NCBI RefSeq assembly: GCF_000698785.1
Contig: NZ_CP007536.1
Span: forward strand, 188,107-220,106
Source: Nitrososphaera viennensis EN76
Lineage (GTDB): Archaea; Thermoproteota; Nitrososphaeria; Nitrososphaerales; Nitrososphaeraceae
Reading direction: 5' to 3'
Length of the DNA: 32,000 nucleotides
Positions 1 to 7,740 of the stretch are shown here, piece by piece; the first letter of the stretch is position 1; every line of letters begins with the position of its first letter. The position numbers and the translations under genes are program-made. Under the pieces are notes generated by a model. The model was not told where the DNA came from, ran no database searches, and worked only from the letters and a program-made list of their open reading frames with translations.

Positions 1-194
1 CGAATTTATCAATATGACATCACCTTAACATTTTCAAGGCTGAGCCTCTCTAGGCAGATTTTGCAAGCCTGTTCACTTACTTTTGGCTAAAAGGCAATTA
101 CACCACACACGTCGAGTATCTAGCACAAGCCTCTGCCAAAAGTAGTCAAGGTGCTCTTGCAGGACGTCATGAAGCGTATACGCATATGCGTGGC

Positions 195-395
195 TCAATC
201 CTGCTTTTTTAGAGACTCTAACTTCTGAGAAAGGTCGTCTAGATATTTCAAACGCTTCACCCGCCATTCTCTTTTTTTAACCTCATTCGGGTTTTTGAGC
301 ATCAACAACATGACGTACCGTTCCTCTTGAGTTAGTAGTTCTAATAATGCGTCAATATCCGAAGGTGTAAGCGTTGTCAGATTCTTTGGAACCAT
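195..395 (-). CDS. hypothetical small protein, possibly disrupted
   Basis: 66-aa ORF MVPKNLTTLTPSDIDALLELLTQEERYVMLL... with helical, charged, protein-like composition. It overlaps by 73 nt a second same-strand ORF (73..267) in another frame, so a frameshifted longer gene cannot be excluded. It lies in visibly lower-GC DNA. Confidence 0.3.
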   Translation of the reverse strand: MVPKNLTTLTPSDIDALLELLTQEERYVMLLMLKNPNEVKKREWRVKRLKYLDDLSQKLESLKKQD

Positions 396-436
396 GAGAC
401 ATTATCTCCACTACCACCATCATCGTTATCATCAAT

Positions 437-1180
437 GTGATAACGTCCAACGAGGAAGAATTTATCTTGAACGTTTTGATATGGTCTCTACTAGTACCTG
501 CCCCCGAATTTCTTTTCCCATTCCCTACCGCGGAAGAACGAGTTCCAAAACCAATGCTGCGCCAAGATTTACAAATTCGAAGAATTAATGTCGAATATTC
601 ATTCTTACTCTTATTACTTGTCATTTTTTATTTCTGCAGATGGAAATTGACGTGTGTGCCAACAAACAAGAAGCATCTCTGCTCCAGAGATCTCGTGGTA
701 GTAATAATAATTTCGATAGCCACGGAATTATCTCTAGTGTTAGCGCCACTTGTTGTTGTAAGCGGCACTTTGAAACCGGCTGCGGCGTTCAGGCCGCAAT
801 CTGACGAGCTGGATCCCGGCTGCAATGATGATGCCGGCAGGCATTGGGAAGCTGGAGATAGAGTTGCAAGTGTATTCTATCAGGGATTTGTAGTGGTGTT
901 TTTATGCGAATCGTCCTCCTGGAGTGAAGAGGATAGGTATGACAAAGTAGTTTCTGTGCCAACAGTTGGCCCCCATAAGCATTCATGCTCCGCTCGTACT
1001 GATAATTTTGAAGGTGGCGGATCCGTAACAAAGACGTATGATGCAGAAGATAAAGTAGCCATGCAAAAAGAATCAAAAGATGGTGGCCTGCTGATCCAGA
1101 TATACCAATGTAAATACAAGCACGATGTGACCAACTGGGAGTTACAAGAGACGCTTCCGGCAGCTTCAGTCAGTACCTAG
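437..1180 (+). CDS. uncertain ORF, no recognisable family
   Basis: This is the longest ORF (247 aa) in the low-GC left edge, but its composition is odd (Cys/Trp-rich, no clear domain). The opposite strand carries four shorter ORFs in differing frames. The coding assignment is not secure. Confidence 0.15.
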   Translation: MITSNEEEFILNVLIWSLLVPAPEFLFPFPTAEERVPKPMLRQDLQIRRINVEYSFLLLLLVIFYFCRWKLTCVPTNKKHLCSRDLVVVIIISIATELSLVLAPLVVVSGTLKPAAAFRPQSDELDPGCNDDAGRHWEAGDRVASVFYQGFVVVFLCESSSWSEEDRYDKVVSVPTVGPHKHSCSARTDNFEGGGSVTKTYDAEDKVAMQKESKDGGLLIQIYQCKYKHDVTNWELQETLPAASVST

Positions 1181-1524
1181 AACCCTGCCTTTTTCATCTT
1201 GGAGCCGCAGTTTGGGCACGACACCTTGTTGTGCTTGGTGCCGCAGCTGATGCAGTAATAGTTGATACTGCTGCTACCTTCGCCATCCTTCTGGCCAAAG
1301 GGGTTTCCAAACAGCGAGCCCTGCCGGCCGCCGACCTGCTTCATAAAGCGGTACCTGCGATAGTACGCAAGGCCAAAGATGATTGGCAGCAGCACCATGA
1401 GCGAGTACGGAAAGTCGATGAACATGGTGATCACGATGCTTATTGCAAAGTAGATTCCAAGCCAGAGGATCTGCTGGTACAGGAACCGCTTTGCGCCTGC
1501 GTCCATCTGTGTGTACATATCCAC
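1177..1524 (-). CDS. small membrane protein with C-terminal zinc ribbon
   Basis: 115 aa with two hydrophobic helices (ILWLGIYFAISIVITMFI, LMVLLPIIFGLAYY). These are followed by a CxxC-x9-CxxC motif (CISCGTKHNKVSCPNCG). The gene is co-directional with, and 5 nt downstream of, the 1530..1709 gene. Confidence 0.6.
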   Translation of the reverse strand: MDMYTQMDAGAKRFLYQQILWLGIYFAISIVITMFIDFPYSLMVLLPIIFGLAYYRRYRFMKQVGGRQGSLFGNPFGQKDGEGSSSINYYCISCGTKHNKVSCPNCGSKMKKAGF

Positions 1525-1529
1525 ACGTG

Positions 1530-1709
1530 TTACATATATGTAAGCCGGGCAGCCCCTCCTTGACCTTCTTCTTCAGGCGCAAGGTGGCACATGACGTGGC
1601 CGAGGAGCTTTTCGTGCATGTGCGCGTCCTCGTCTGACAGGAACACCGTGCTGCAGCGCTCGCAGTAAAACAGCCTGTCCTGAAGCAGCGTTCCGGAACC
1701 TTGTTCCAT
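1530..1709 (-). CDS. small C2H2-like zinc-finger protein
   Basis: Track ORF 1530..1790 trimmed to the internal ATG (complement of 1707-1709): MEQGSGTLLQDRLFYCERCSTVFLSDEDAHMHEKLLGH. This shows a CxxC ... H-x-H ... H pattern. A TTTATA element lies about 30 nt upstream on the coding strand, consistent with a leaderless transcript. An alternative GTG start at 1790 would overlap the dinB-fusion stop (GTGA). Confidence 0.5.
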   Translation of the reverse strand: MEQGSGTLLQDRLFYCERCSTVFLSDEDAHMHEKLLGHVMCHLAPEEEGQGGAARLTYM

Positions 1710-1786
1710 AATTATGATACTGCGTCGCAGGATTGTAGCTATAAACGCTGTGGGTTGACATTGTAGACGCGCCGCGGAAAACGCGT

Positions 1787-3625
1787 TCACCCTCCCTGTC
1801 CTGCAAAAAAGTCAAGGAGCGTCCGCTGCGCCTCCTGCCTCCCGGGGTGGCTCAGGTTGGTGACGCGCAGGCCGACCTTTCGGACCGGCGCGTCAAGGTC
1901 AAACCTGTCGACCAGCTGCGGAATTGCCGCAAGGATGCTCTCGCGCCTCTGCTGCGGACCCTGGTACGACATCTCTCTCGTCTCGATGGAAAAGTCGGCC
2001 CTGACTATCTTTGCGCCCACCGTGCGAAACAGGTAGCCATGCCCTGCCACCCTGGCGTACAGCTCGTCAGAAAGGGCGGTCAGTTCTGCAAGGACCTCCT
2101 TTCTGCCCTTTGCATGTACTTCAAGGCTGTGCTCCGTGCTTATCGAGACGTGGTCCTCCCTTGGAACGACGGGGTCGCTGTCTGCGCCTGTTGCCACCTG
2201 CCACATCCACAGGCCGTTTCTGCTGCCAAAGCGCGACGTCAGCTTTTGCACGTCGCATGCCGCAAGCTGGCCTATGGTTGCGATGCCTATCTTTTTCAGC
2301 TCCTGCTGGGTCTTGGGGCCGATGCCTGAGATCCTGCCTACCTCGAGAGGCGCAAGGAAATCCTGCAGCCTGTCAGGATAGGCCACGGTGATGTCGTCAG
2401 GCTTTTTGAAATCAGACGCTATCTTGGCCGCCGACTTGGAAGGCGCCACTCCTATCGAGACTGAAAGGCCGCACCTCTCCCTTATCGCCCTCTTGATCGA
2501 CGACGCGTACTCGTAGGGGCTTGCGTCGCCGGCAGCGGCCCTTGCCGTGCAGTCCAGGAACGCCTCGTCTATGCTTGCCTGCTCTATCACGTCTGCAAAC
2601 CCTGAAAGGACTTCCATCACCTTCTCGGACACTTGCTTGTAGTACGCAATGTCGACTGGCCGGAGGTCCATATCGGGGCACAGCGCCAGCGCCCTTGCAA
2701 GCGGCATGGCCGACCTGACGCCAAACCTGCGCGCCTCGTACGAGCAGGACGATACCACGCCGCGCGTTATCTTGCCGGCAGGCTGGTCAGTCATTATCAC
2801 GGCGTGCGGCCTGCCCTTGAGGGCCGGCTCGCGCAGCTCCTCGCAGGAAGGGTAAAAGGCGTTGAGGTCGACGCAGAGGATCATCCTGCTGCCTGGGGAC
2901 CACCTTGGCGCAGGCACGGGCAGGGCAGGGGCAGGCATGGGGCCGGCGTACTTGCGCTCTGGCAGGCCAAGGTGCGTGAGCGCGGCGTTTGCGCCGCCCG
3001 GGCTGTCTGCGATTATTATCGACATGTCAACCTGCCCATCCTGCCCCGCTTCTTTGAGGGCCATTTCAAACTCGGCCTTCCAGTTGCCGGCGTTGCCTGA
3101 AAGCCTGAGAAAAATGAAATCCGACGTGATGGCGACAGCAGCTTCTTGTACGTTCCTTCCACTCCTCCAGTACATGGCCGCGCCGTGCCTCCTCAGTACG
3201 TTGTACGTGGTGTCTTGAAACCATGAGGGGTGGGCAAAGTCGAGGATTGCCGAGTAGCCGTGGTAGGTGGAGGTGGCAAGCACTCTGTCAAGCCAGCGCC
3301 GCCCGTCCTGAAGTGTGAGGCCCTGCGGCGTCCTTATCACCACCGCAAGCGTCTTTTCCTCTATCGGCCTGAAAGCTTCAAGCAGGTTTCCAAGCTCGAC
3401 GCTATCCTCTTCTGCTGCTGCCTGCTCTGGTATCCTGACGACAAAGCGAAAGCCCTCTGGCGTCTCGTGCGCCCACCTCCAGAACGAGTGCTCGTAGGTG
3501 GCCGGCACGCCCACCTCGACGACGTCAAACACCCGGGAATAGTGGGAAAGGTACTCCCTTGGCGCAAGCGCCTGCGGGTAAAAGTTGCCAAACCTCCACC
3601 CTGCGCACCCGACGAAATGCTTCAA
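1787..3625 (-). CDS. dinB: DUF72 (YecE-like) domain fused in frame to Y-family DNA polymerase IV (DinB/Dpo4)
   Basis: 612-aa uninterrupted ORF. The N-terminal ~220 aa carry DUF72 hallmarks (GCAGWRFGNFYP, YLSHYSRVFDVVEV, TPEGFRFVVRIP). A Pro-rich linker follows (AGPMPAPALPVPAPRWSPG). From residue 248 there is a complete DinB: MILCVDLNAFYPSCEEL, RPHAVIM, CSYEARRFGVRSAMP, SIDEAFLD, ASDFKKPDD, GIGPKT. Confidence 0.85.
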   Translation of the reverse strand: MKHFVGCAGWRFGNFYPQALAPREYLSHYSRVFDVVEVGVPATYEHSFWRWAHETPEGFRFVVRIPEQAAAEEDSVELGNLLEAFRPIEEKTLAVVIRTPQGLTLQDGRRWLDRVLATSTYHGYSAILDFAHPSWFQDTTYNVLRRHGAAMYWRSGRNVQEAAVAITSDFIFLRLSGNAGNWKAEFEMALKEAGQDGQVDMSIIIADSPGGANAALTHLGLPERKYAGPMPAPALPVPAPRWSPGSRMILCVDLNAFYPSCEELREPALKGRPHAVIMTDQPAGKITRGVVSSCSYEARRFGVRSAMPLARALALCPDMDLRPVDIAYYKQVSEKVMEVLSGFADVIEQASIDEAFLDCTARAAAGDASPYEYASSIKRAIRERCGLSVSIGVAPSKSAAKIASDFKKPDDITVAYPDRLQDFLAPLEVGRISGIGPKTQQELKKIGIATIGQLAACDVQKLTSRFGSRNGLWMWQVATGADSDPVVPREDHVSISTEHSLEVHAKGRKEVLAELTALSDELYARVAGHGYLFRTVGAKIVRADFSIETREMSYQGPQQRRESILAAIPQLVDRFDLDAPVRKVGLRVTNLSHPGRQEAQRTLLDFFAGQGG

Positions 3626-3693
3626 GTGCAGAGAAGCTTGCTCCGGCCCTTATAACGTGGGAGACACTCTCGGGAGAGGGGGAGAGATGCATC

Positions 3694-3846
3694 TCAGGCC
3701 GCGCCCAGCCCTGTCCTCTCTGCATACTCGATTGCAGGGTGGCAAGAATAGCAGTAGCTGCACCGGATGCACGAGTATGCTGTGCGCTTGCCGCACCACT
3801 TGCATTCGCTATACCTTGGCTTTAACGGTGAGAGGTACTCGTGCAT
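3694..3846 (-). CDS. small Cys-rich zinc-finger protein
   Basis: Track ORF 3694..3894 trimmed to the internal ATG (complement of 3844-3846): MHEYLSPLKPRYSECKWCGKRTAYSCIRCSYCYSCHPAIEYAE. It has interleaved CxxC/CxxC/CxxCH pairs typical of treble-clef or HIT-like fingers. It is co-directional with the dinB fusion and lies upstream of it. Confidence 0.45.
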   Translation of the reverse strand: MHEYLSPLKPRYSECKWCGKRTAYSCIRCSYCYSCHPAIEYAERTGLGAA

Positions 3847-3934
3847 GTATACATTAGATGATTGTCGATTCTGATAAATGACCTTTTCCCTCACGCAGGT
3901 TCAAATACCTGCCAGTGGCAACCACTGCTATTCT

Positions 3935-4423
3935 ATGCCAACTGCCAAGATTCAGACAAAGCACGGCGACATCGCGATCGAGTTCTTCCCCGACGTTGCA
4001 CCCAAGCACGTCGAGAATTTCAGAAAGCTTGCCTCTAGCGGCTTTTTCGATGGCACGCTCTTCCACAGGATAGTGCCCGGGTTTGTGATCCAGGGAGGCG
4101 ACCCTCTGACAAAGAGCGCGGCAAACAAGGGCCGGTGGGGAACAGGCGGCCCGGGATGGAGCGTAAAAGCCGAGTTCAACAAGACCAAGCACTCGCGGGG
4201 AGTGCTGTCGATGGCCCGGGCGATGGACCCAAACAGCGCCGGCTCGCAGTTCTTTATCGTCCTGAAGGACTCTAACTTTCTCGACGGCCAGTACACCGTC
4301 TTTGGCAAGGTGACATCCGGCATGGACGTTGTCGACAAGATTGCAGCCCTGAAAACGGACGCAAACGATGCGCCGGCAGACCCCGAGCAGGCAAGGATGG
4401 TTAAAGTCACGTACAGCGACTAG
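3935..4423 (+). CDS. peptidyl-prolyl cis-trans isomerase, cyclophilin type
   Basis: MPTAKIQTKHGDIAIEFFPDVAPKHVENFRKL, FHRIVPGFVIQGGDP, GVLSMARA, NSAGSQFFIV, YTVFGKV are classic cyclophilin motifs. The start is moved from 3878 to the ATG at 3935, which matches family N-termini. Confidence 0.9.
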   Translation: MPTAKIQTKHGDIAIEFFPDVAPKHVENFRKLASSGFFDGTLFHRIVPGFVIQGGDPLTKSAANKGRWGTGGPGWSVKAEFNKTKHSRGVLSMARAMDPNSAGSQFFIVLKDSNFLDGQYTVFGKVTSGMDVVDKIAALKTDANDAPADPEQARMVKVTYSD

Positions 4424-5085
4424 CTGGAGCCGGCGATGACTGCCTTTAGCATCGCCACCCATGCCTTTTTGTTCACGGAATCGCTCACGCCAAGCATCCT
4501 GTTCACCGCAAGGCCGTCATAGAGCGCGACGAGTGCTATTGCAAGGCCGGCAACGTCTACGTCCTTTCTGATAAATCCCTCGCCGACCTTCTTTTTGAGC
4601 CCCTCAAGTACATGCTCGTGCACCTTGAGGTGGTACTCGTACATCGCCTTTTTGAGACGTGGGTTCCGGGTGGACTCGACTACCATCTCCAGCATCACCC
4701 TGTCGTTTCCGCGCTCACGCCTGCGGATGTTGTCAAAGATCTCCTCGGCGTCAGAGGCGGCGTTTTCCTTCTTTGTGAACAGGTGCGCGTCATGGCCGTC
4801 GCCTGCCTTCAGGCTCGTCTCGCAAACTCCCAAAAATAGGTCCTCTTTGCTCTTGAAATACAGGTACAGCGTGCCCTTGCTCAGGCCCAGCCGGCGCGAA
4901 ATGTCGTCCATCTTGGTCTTGTCGTAGCCGGTCTGCGAGAAACTCTCAATCGCGGCCTGGATTATCCTGTCGCGCACTTCGGCCTTGTGAGCACTTGTCA
5001 CCTTTGGCGTCTCAGAGTCCCTCCCCTGCGTCCACGGTAGTTGATTGCTGGCGGGGGCTAATAAGTATACTGACTGGTCAGTCAT
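4420..5085 (-). CDS. TetR/AcrR family transcriptional regulator
   Basis: The N-terminal HTH is RDRIIQAAIESFSQTGYDKTKMDDISRRLGLSKGTLYLYFKSKEDLF, followed by a helical ligand domain. The track ORF extends to 5433, but that extension is low-complexity and antisense to the DM13 gene. The start is set at the ATG complementing 5083-5085. Confidence 0.85.
   Translation of the reverse strand: MTDQSVYLLAPASNQLPWTQGRDSETPKVTSAHKAEVRDRIIQAAIESFSQTGYDKTKMDDISRRLGLSKGTLYLYFKSKEDLFLGVCETSLKAGDGHDAHLFTKKENAASDAEEIFDNIRRRERGNDRVMLEMVVESTRNPRLKKAMYEYHLKVHEHVLEGLKKKVGEGFIRKDVDVAGLAIALVALYDGLAVNRMLGVSDSVNKKAWVAMLKAVIAGSS
5069..5082. promoter_or_regulatory. candidate TetR operator palindrome ACTGAC-TG-GTCAGT
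   Basis: A perfect 6+6 inverted repeat with a 2-nt spacer abuts the TetR start codon. It sits in the 79-nt divergent region shared with the DM13 gene. Confidence 0.35.
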
Positions 5086-5164
5086 TTTTATGACAACGAG
5101 ATGTGAATAAATCTGGATGGGATCTGGAAAAATGGTTTTAATAATGACGGCCGCTGGTTTGCAC

Positions 5165-5770
5165 ATGAACAAGCGCGTCACAATAGCGGCGATCGTCGCA
5201 GCGGCCATCTTGGTGCCGGCGACGGTGTACGCCGCATCTCCTCTCTTTATCACGACCATGATAGACGAGCCGTCGCCTATCGCAAACGCTGGTGACGCGA
5301 TGATGGCAGAAAAAAATGAAGAGGATGCGATGGCAGACGACAACGACCGGAAGCCGGATGGCACGATGATGTCCAAGGACGAGGCAGAAATTGACAAAGG
5401 CTCGACTGAAGATGATGCTATGATGAAGGACAAGGTGCTTGTTGAGACAGGCGGGACGTTTGCAGGCGCCGGCGACGGCTTTCACAACGCGGAAGGGACT
5501 GCAAGGGTGCTGCACCTGGGCAGCGGCAGCTCTGTTTTGAGGCTTGAAGAATTCAAGGTCACAAACGGCCCCGACCTCTACGTGTACCTCTCTGCCGACA
5601 AAAGCAACGCCGACTATGTCAGCCTCGGGAGGCTCAAGGCCAGCAGCGGCAACCAGAACTACGACCTGCCAGACGGAATAGACCTCTCAAGGTACGACAA
5701 CGTGATAATCTGGTGCCAGTCGTTCTCGGTCTACTTTGGCGGGGCGCAGCTCACCACTACTTCTGCGTGA
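5165..5770 (+). CDS. secreted DM13 domain protein with Met/Asp-rich N-terminal region
   Basis: A signal/anchor (MNKRVTIAAIVAAAILVPATVYA) is followed by a Met-rich acidic stretch (DAMMAEKNEEDAMADD...GTMMSKDE...DDAMMKDK). The DM13-like C-terminus reads GTFAGAGDGFHNAEGTARVL...FKVTNGPDLYVYLS...LGRLKASSGNQNYDLP...IIWCQSFSVYFGGAQL. Confidence 0.75.
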   Translation: MNKRVTIAAIVAAAILVPATVYAASPLFITTMIDEPSPIANAGDAMMAEKNEEDAMADDNDRKPDGTMMSKDEAEIDKGSTEDDAMMKDKVLVETGGTFAGAGDGFHNAEGTARVLHLGSGSSVLRLEEFKVTNGPDLYVYLSADKSNADYVSLGRLKASSGNQNYDLPDGIDLSRYDNVIIWCQSFSVYFGGAQLTTTSA

Positions 5771-5784
5771 GCACGCGCCTCTCC

Positions 5785-6258
5785 TCATTTTATCATGTCA
5801 AGAAGGCCGGGGTTTTCCAGCAGCGCGTTGTTGTAGGCCCTCTCGCTCAGCTTGTCTGCCTCGCTGTTCTGCTCGCGGGGAACCCACGCTATCGAGATGT
5901 CGCGGAATTTTCTCCTCAAGAGCGCGGCCTTTTGAAAGAGCGGGATTATCTGCTTGTTTTTTACCCGGAACTCGCCGTTCATCTGTTTGACGACCAGCTG
6001 CGAGTCGCCCTTTACCTCTACCCAGTGAGAGGTATAGCCGTTTTCGTCAAGCCATTCCAGCGCCTTTATGAGGGCGGTGTACTCGGCGACATTGTTTGTG
6101 GACTGGGCAGATGGCTCTGCAGCAACTCCGGAGCCACTATGCAAAAGCCTGCCGCCCTTTTCTTTGATGACGTAGGCATAGCACGCAATGCCGCCCGGGT
6201 TTTTGGGCAGGCAGAGGCCGTCAAAATACACCTCAACTACAGCAGCAGTATTGCTCAC
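5785..6258 (-). CDS. rnhA: ribonuclease HI
   Basis: VYFDGLCLPKNPGG, TNNVAEYTALIKALEWL, VKGDSQLVVKQMNGEFRVKN and WVPREQNSEADKLS give the DEDD-type RNase H layout in 157 aa. Confidence 0.85.
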   Translation of the reverse strand: MSNTAAVVEVYFDGLCLPKNPGGIACYAYVIKEKGGRLLHSGSGVAAEPSAQSTNNVAEYTALIKALEWLDENGYTSHWVEVKGDSQLVVKQMNGEFRVKNKQIIPLFQKAALLRRKFRDISIAWVPREQNSEADKLSERAYNNALLENPGLLDMIK

Positions 6259-6278
6259 AGGTATATACCTGTATGTTG

Positions 6279-6491
6279 TTACGCGGGCCTCGTTATCACT
6301 ATATCGCCGGTCAGGTCGTCAAGCCTGTCCTTTGCGGCGTTTGTTACGTTCTCTATCACCGGGTTGTCGCCTATCTTTTTGGCGCCCTGGACTATGCCGG
6401 AAAAGAAGGTCTGCCACCCAAGGCCGATGATCGCAAGGACTACCACTCCCACCACTATCCACGTCAATAGTCCCATGTCGTAGATGCGCAT
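6279..6491 (-). CDS. small membrane protein
   Basis: 70 aa with one strong TM helix (GLLTWIVVGVVVLAIIGLGW). Its stop is 20 nt upstream of the rnhA start on the same strand. Confidence 0.5.
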   Translation of the reverse strand: MRIYDMGLLTWIVVGVVVLAIIGLGWQTFFSGIVQGAKKIGDNPVIENVTNAAKDRLDDLTGDIVITRPA

Positions 6492-6604
6492 AAAACGGTA
6501 TTAAGAATTCAGGAAAAAGGTTCTGTAAGTATCAGCTAAATTAGAGCTAGAGGTGAATTTGGCAGCTGTCGATGCCTTTTCTTTGCTCCGTGCGACTATT
6601 GCCG

Positions 6605-6757
6605 ATGGCCATCTCCGGCTACAGACACACGGATGACAAGAGGAGCAGGCAGGAGCTGATGGAAGAGATAGCGAGGCTGAAGGAAAAGCTAAGGGCAAAG
6701 GACGAGGAAATAGCACTTCTCAAGAAAAGGCTTGCGCTTTACAAGGCGTTGAAATGA
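6605..6757 (+). CDS. small coiled-coil protein
   Basis: MAISGYRHTDDKRSRQELMEEIARLKEKLRAKDEEIALLKKRLALYKALK has a heptad-like charged pattern. The start is chosen at the internal ATG at 6605. Confidence 0.35.
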   Translation: MAISGYRHTDDKRSRQELMEEIARLKEKLRAKDEEIALLKKRLALYKALK

Positions 6758-6802
6758 GGCGAAAGAAAAAGAAAGAGGAGGGGATGGGGGCGGTTATCCG
6801 CC

Positions 6803-7630
6803 TTAACCCATCGTGAAGACGACCTGGACGTTCATCGTGACCTGCTGCTGGCCCGGAACTATCGGGGTTGTTGGCGCTCCGCCGTCTGCGCTTGCGGCAA
6901 ATTCCTTAAAGTAGACCGGGAAGTAGACGTCGTTGAGGTTTATCGCGTGGACGCCTGTAACGTTCATGTCTACTGCGCTTGCCGCCTTGTCTGCACGGCT
7001 CCTTGCGTTGTCGATTGCCTTCTCGATGAGGCTGTCGCGGATCTCCTGCTGCCTTGCCTCGGAGATGAAGAAGTACGCGCCGTTCACGTTGTTCGCGCCT
7101 GCGCCTACCGCCGCGTCGATTATCTTGCCGATGTCAGAGCTTGCGTCAGCCGTCACTGTGACAGAGTTGACTGCCCTGTAGCCTGTGATCTCGCTCCTCG
7201 GCTTGCACTCCGGGGGCTGCGGGTAGATTTCGATGCATACCGGGCTTACCATGTCGTACACTGGGTAGATACTGTAGTGGCTGGTGGCGATCTGGCTGTC
7301 GGCGATTCCAAGTGCCTTGAGCGCGTCAATCACCTTCTGCATCAGCTCGGCGTTTGCGGCCGCTGCTTCTTCTGCGGTCGTGCCGTTTGTCTCGACGCCT
7401 ATGGTCACGCTGACTTTGTCAGGTTCCACGCTGGTGCTTGCGGTGCCCGTCGTGCTCACTGTAGGCTTGGTGTTATTGCCATTGCTGTTGCCGTTGTTCT
7501 GCGTTGGCTGCTGTTGTGCAGCTGCTGTCATTGACTGGCCGCCAAGTATGCTGGCTGCCACAAGGCCGATTGCAAGTATGCCTGCAATCAGCACAAGATT
7601 GCGGTTATTCTTCATGTTCTGGTATGACAT
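6803..7630 (-). CDS. SIMPL/DUF541 family secreted protein
   Basis: An N-terminal TM/signal (LVLIAGILAIGLVAASILGG) and a Q/N/T-rich linker precede SIMPL-like blocks: VSTTGTASTSVEPDKVSVTIGVETNGTTAEEA...ALKALGIADSQIATSHYSIYPVY...ITGYRAVNSVTV. Confidence 0.8.
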   Translation of the reverse strand: MSYQNMKNNRNLVLIAGILAIGLVAASILGGQSMTAAAQQQPTQNNGNSNGNNTKPTVSTTGTASTSVEPDKVSVTIGVETNGTTAEEAAAANAELMQKVIDALKALGIADSQIATSHYSIYPVYDMVSPVCIEIYPQPPECKPRSEITGYRAVNSVTVTADASSDIGKIIDAAVGAGANNVNGAYFFISEARQQEIRDSLIEKAIDNARSRADKAASAVDMNVTGVHAINLNDVYFPVYFKEFAASADGGAPTTPIVPGQQQVTMNVQVVFTMG

Positions 7631-7740
7631 GACGCCCTATATTGCAAGGGCATGATAACTAAGCCTAGGTTTCAGAACGCGTTCCAGAAGGCCGTTCTAC
7701 GTTCCAGAACGGCTGTTTTATAGCCAGTTGACGAGCTCCC

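Noticed and set aside
2011-3655. Multiple plus-strand ORFs (for example 2633..3100, 3230..3655) opposite the DUF72-DinB gene
   Set aside because: They have Arg/Pro/Gly/Ala-rich antisense composition. The minus frame has continuous family motifs across its entire length.
5086-5433. 5' extension of the TetR ORF to a 337-aa protein
   Set aside because: The extension (SSSVEPLSISASSLD..., Ala/Ser/Ile repeats) is antisense to the well-supported DM13 gene. The TetR HTH begins right after the internal Met at 5085.
7691-7720. Hairpin GCCGTTC/GAACGGC followed by TGTTTTA, considered as a transcription terminator
   Set aside because: No co-directional gene ends upstream of it, because both flanking genes diverge from this region. 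It is more plausibly part of the regulatory repeat array (see findings).
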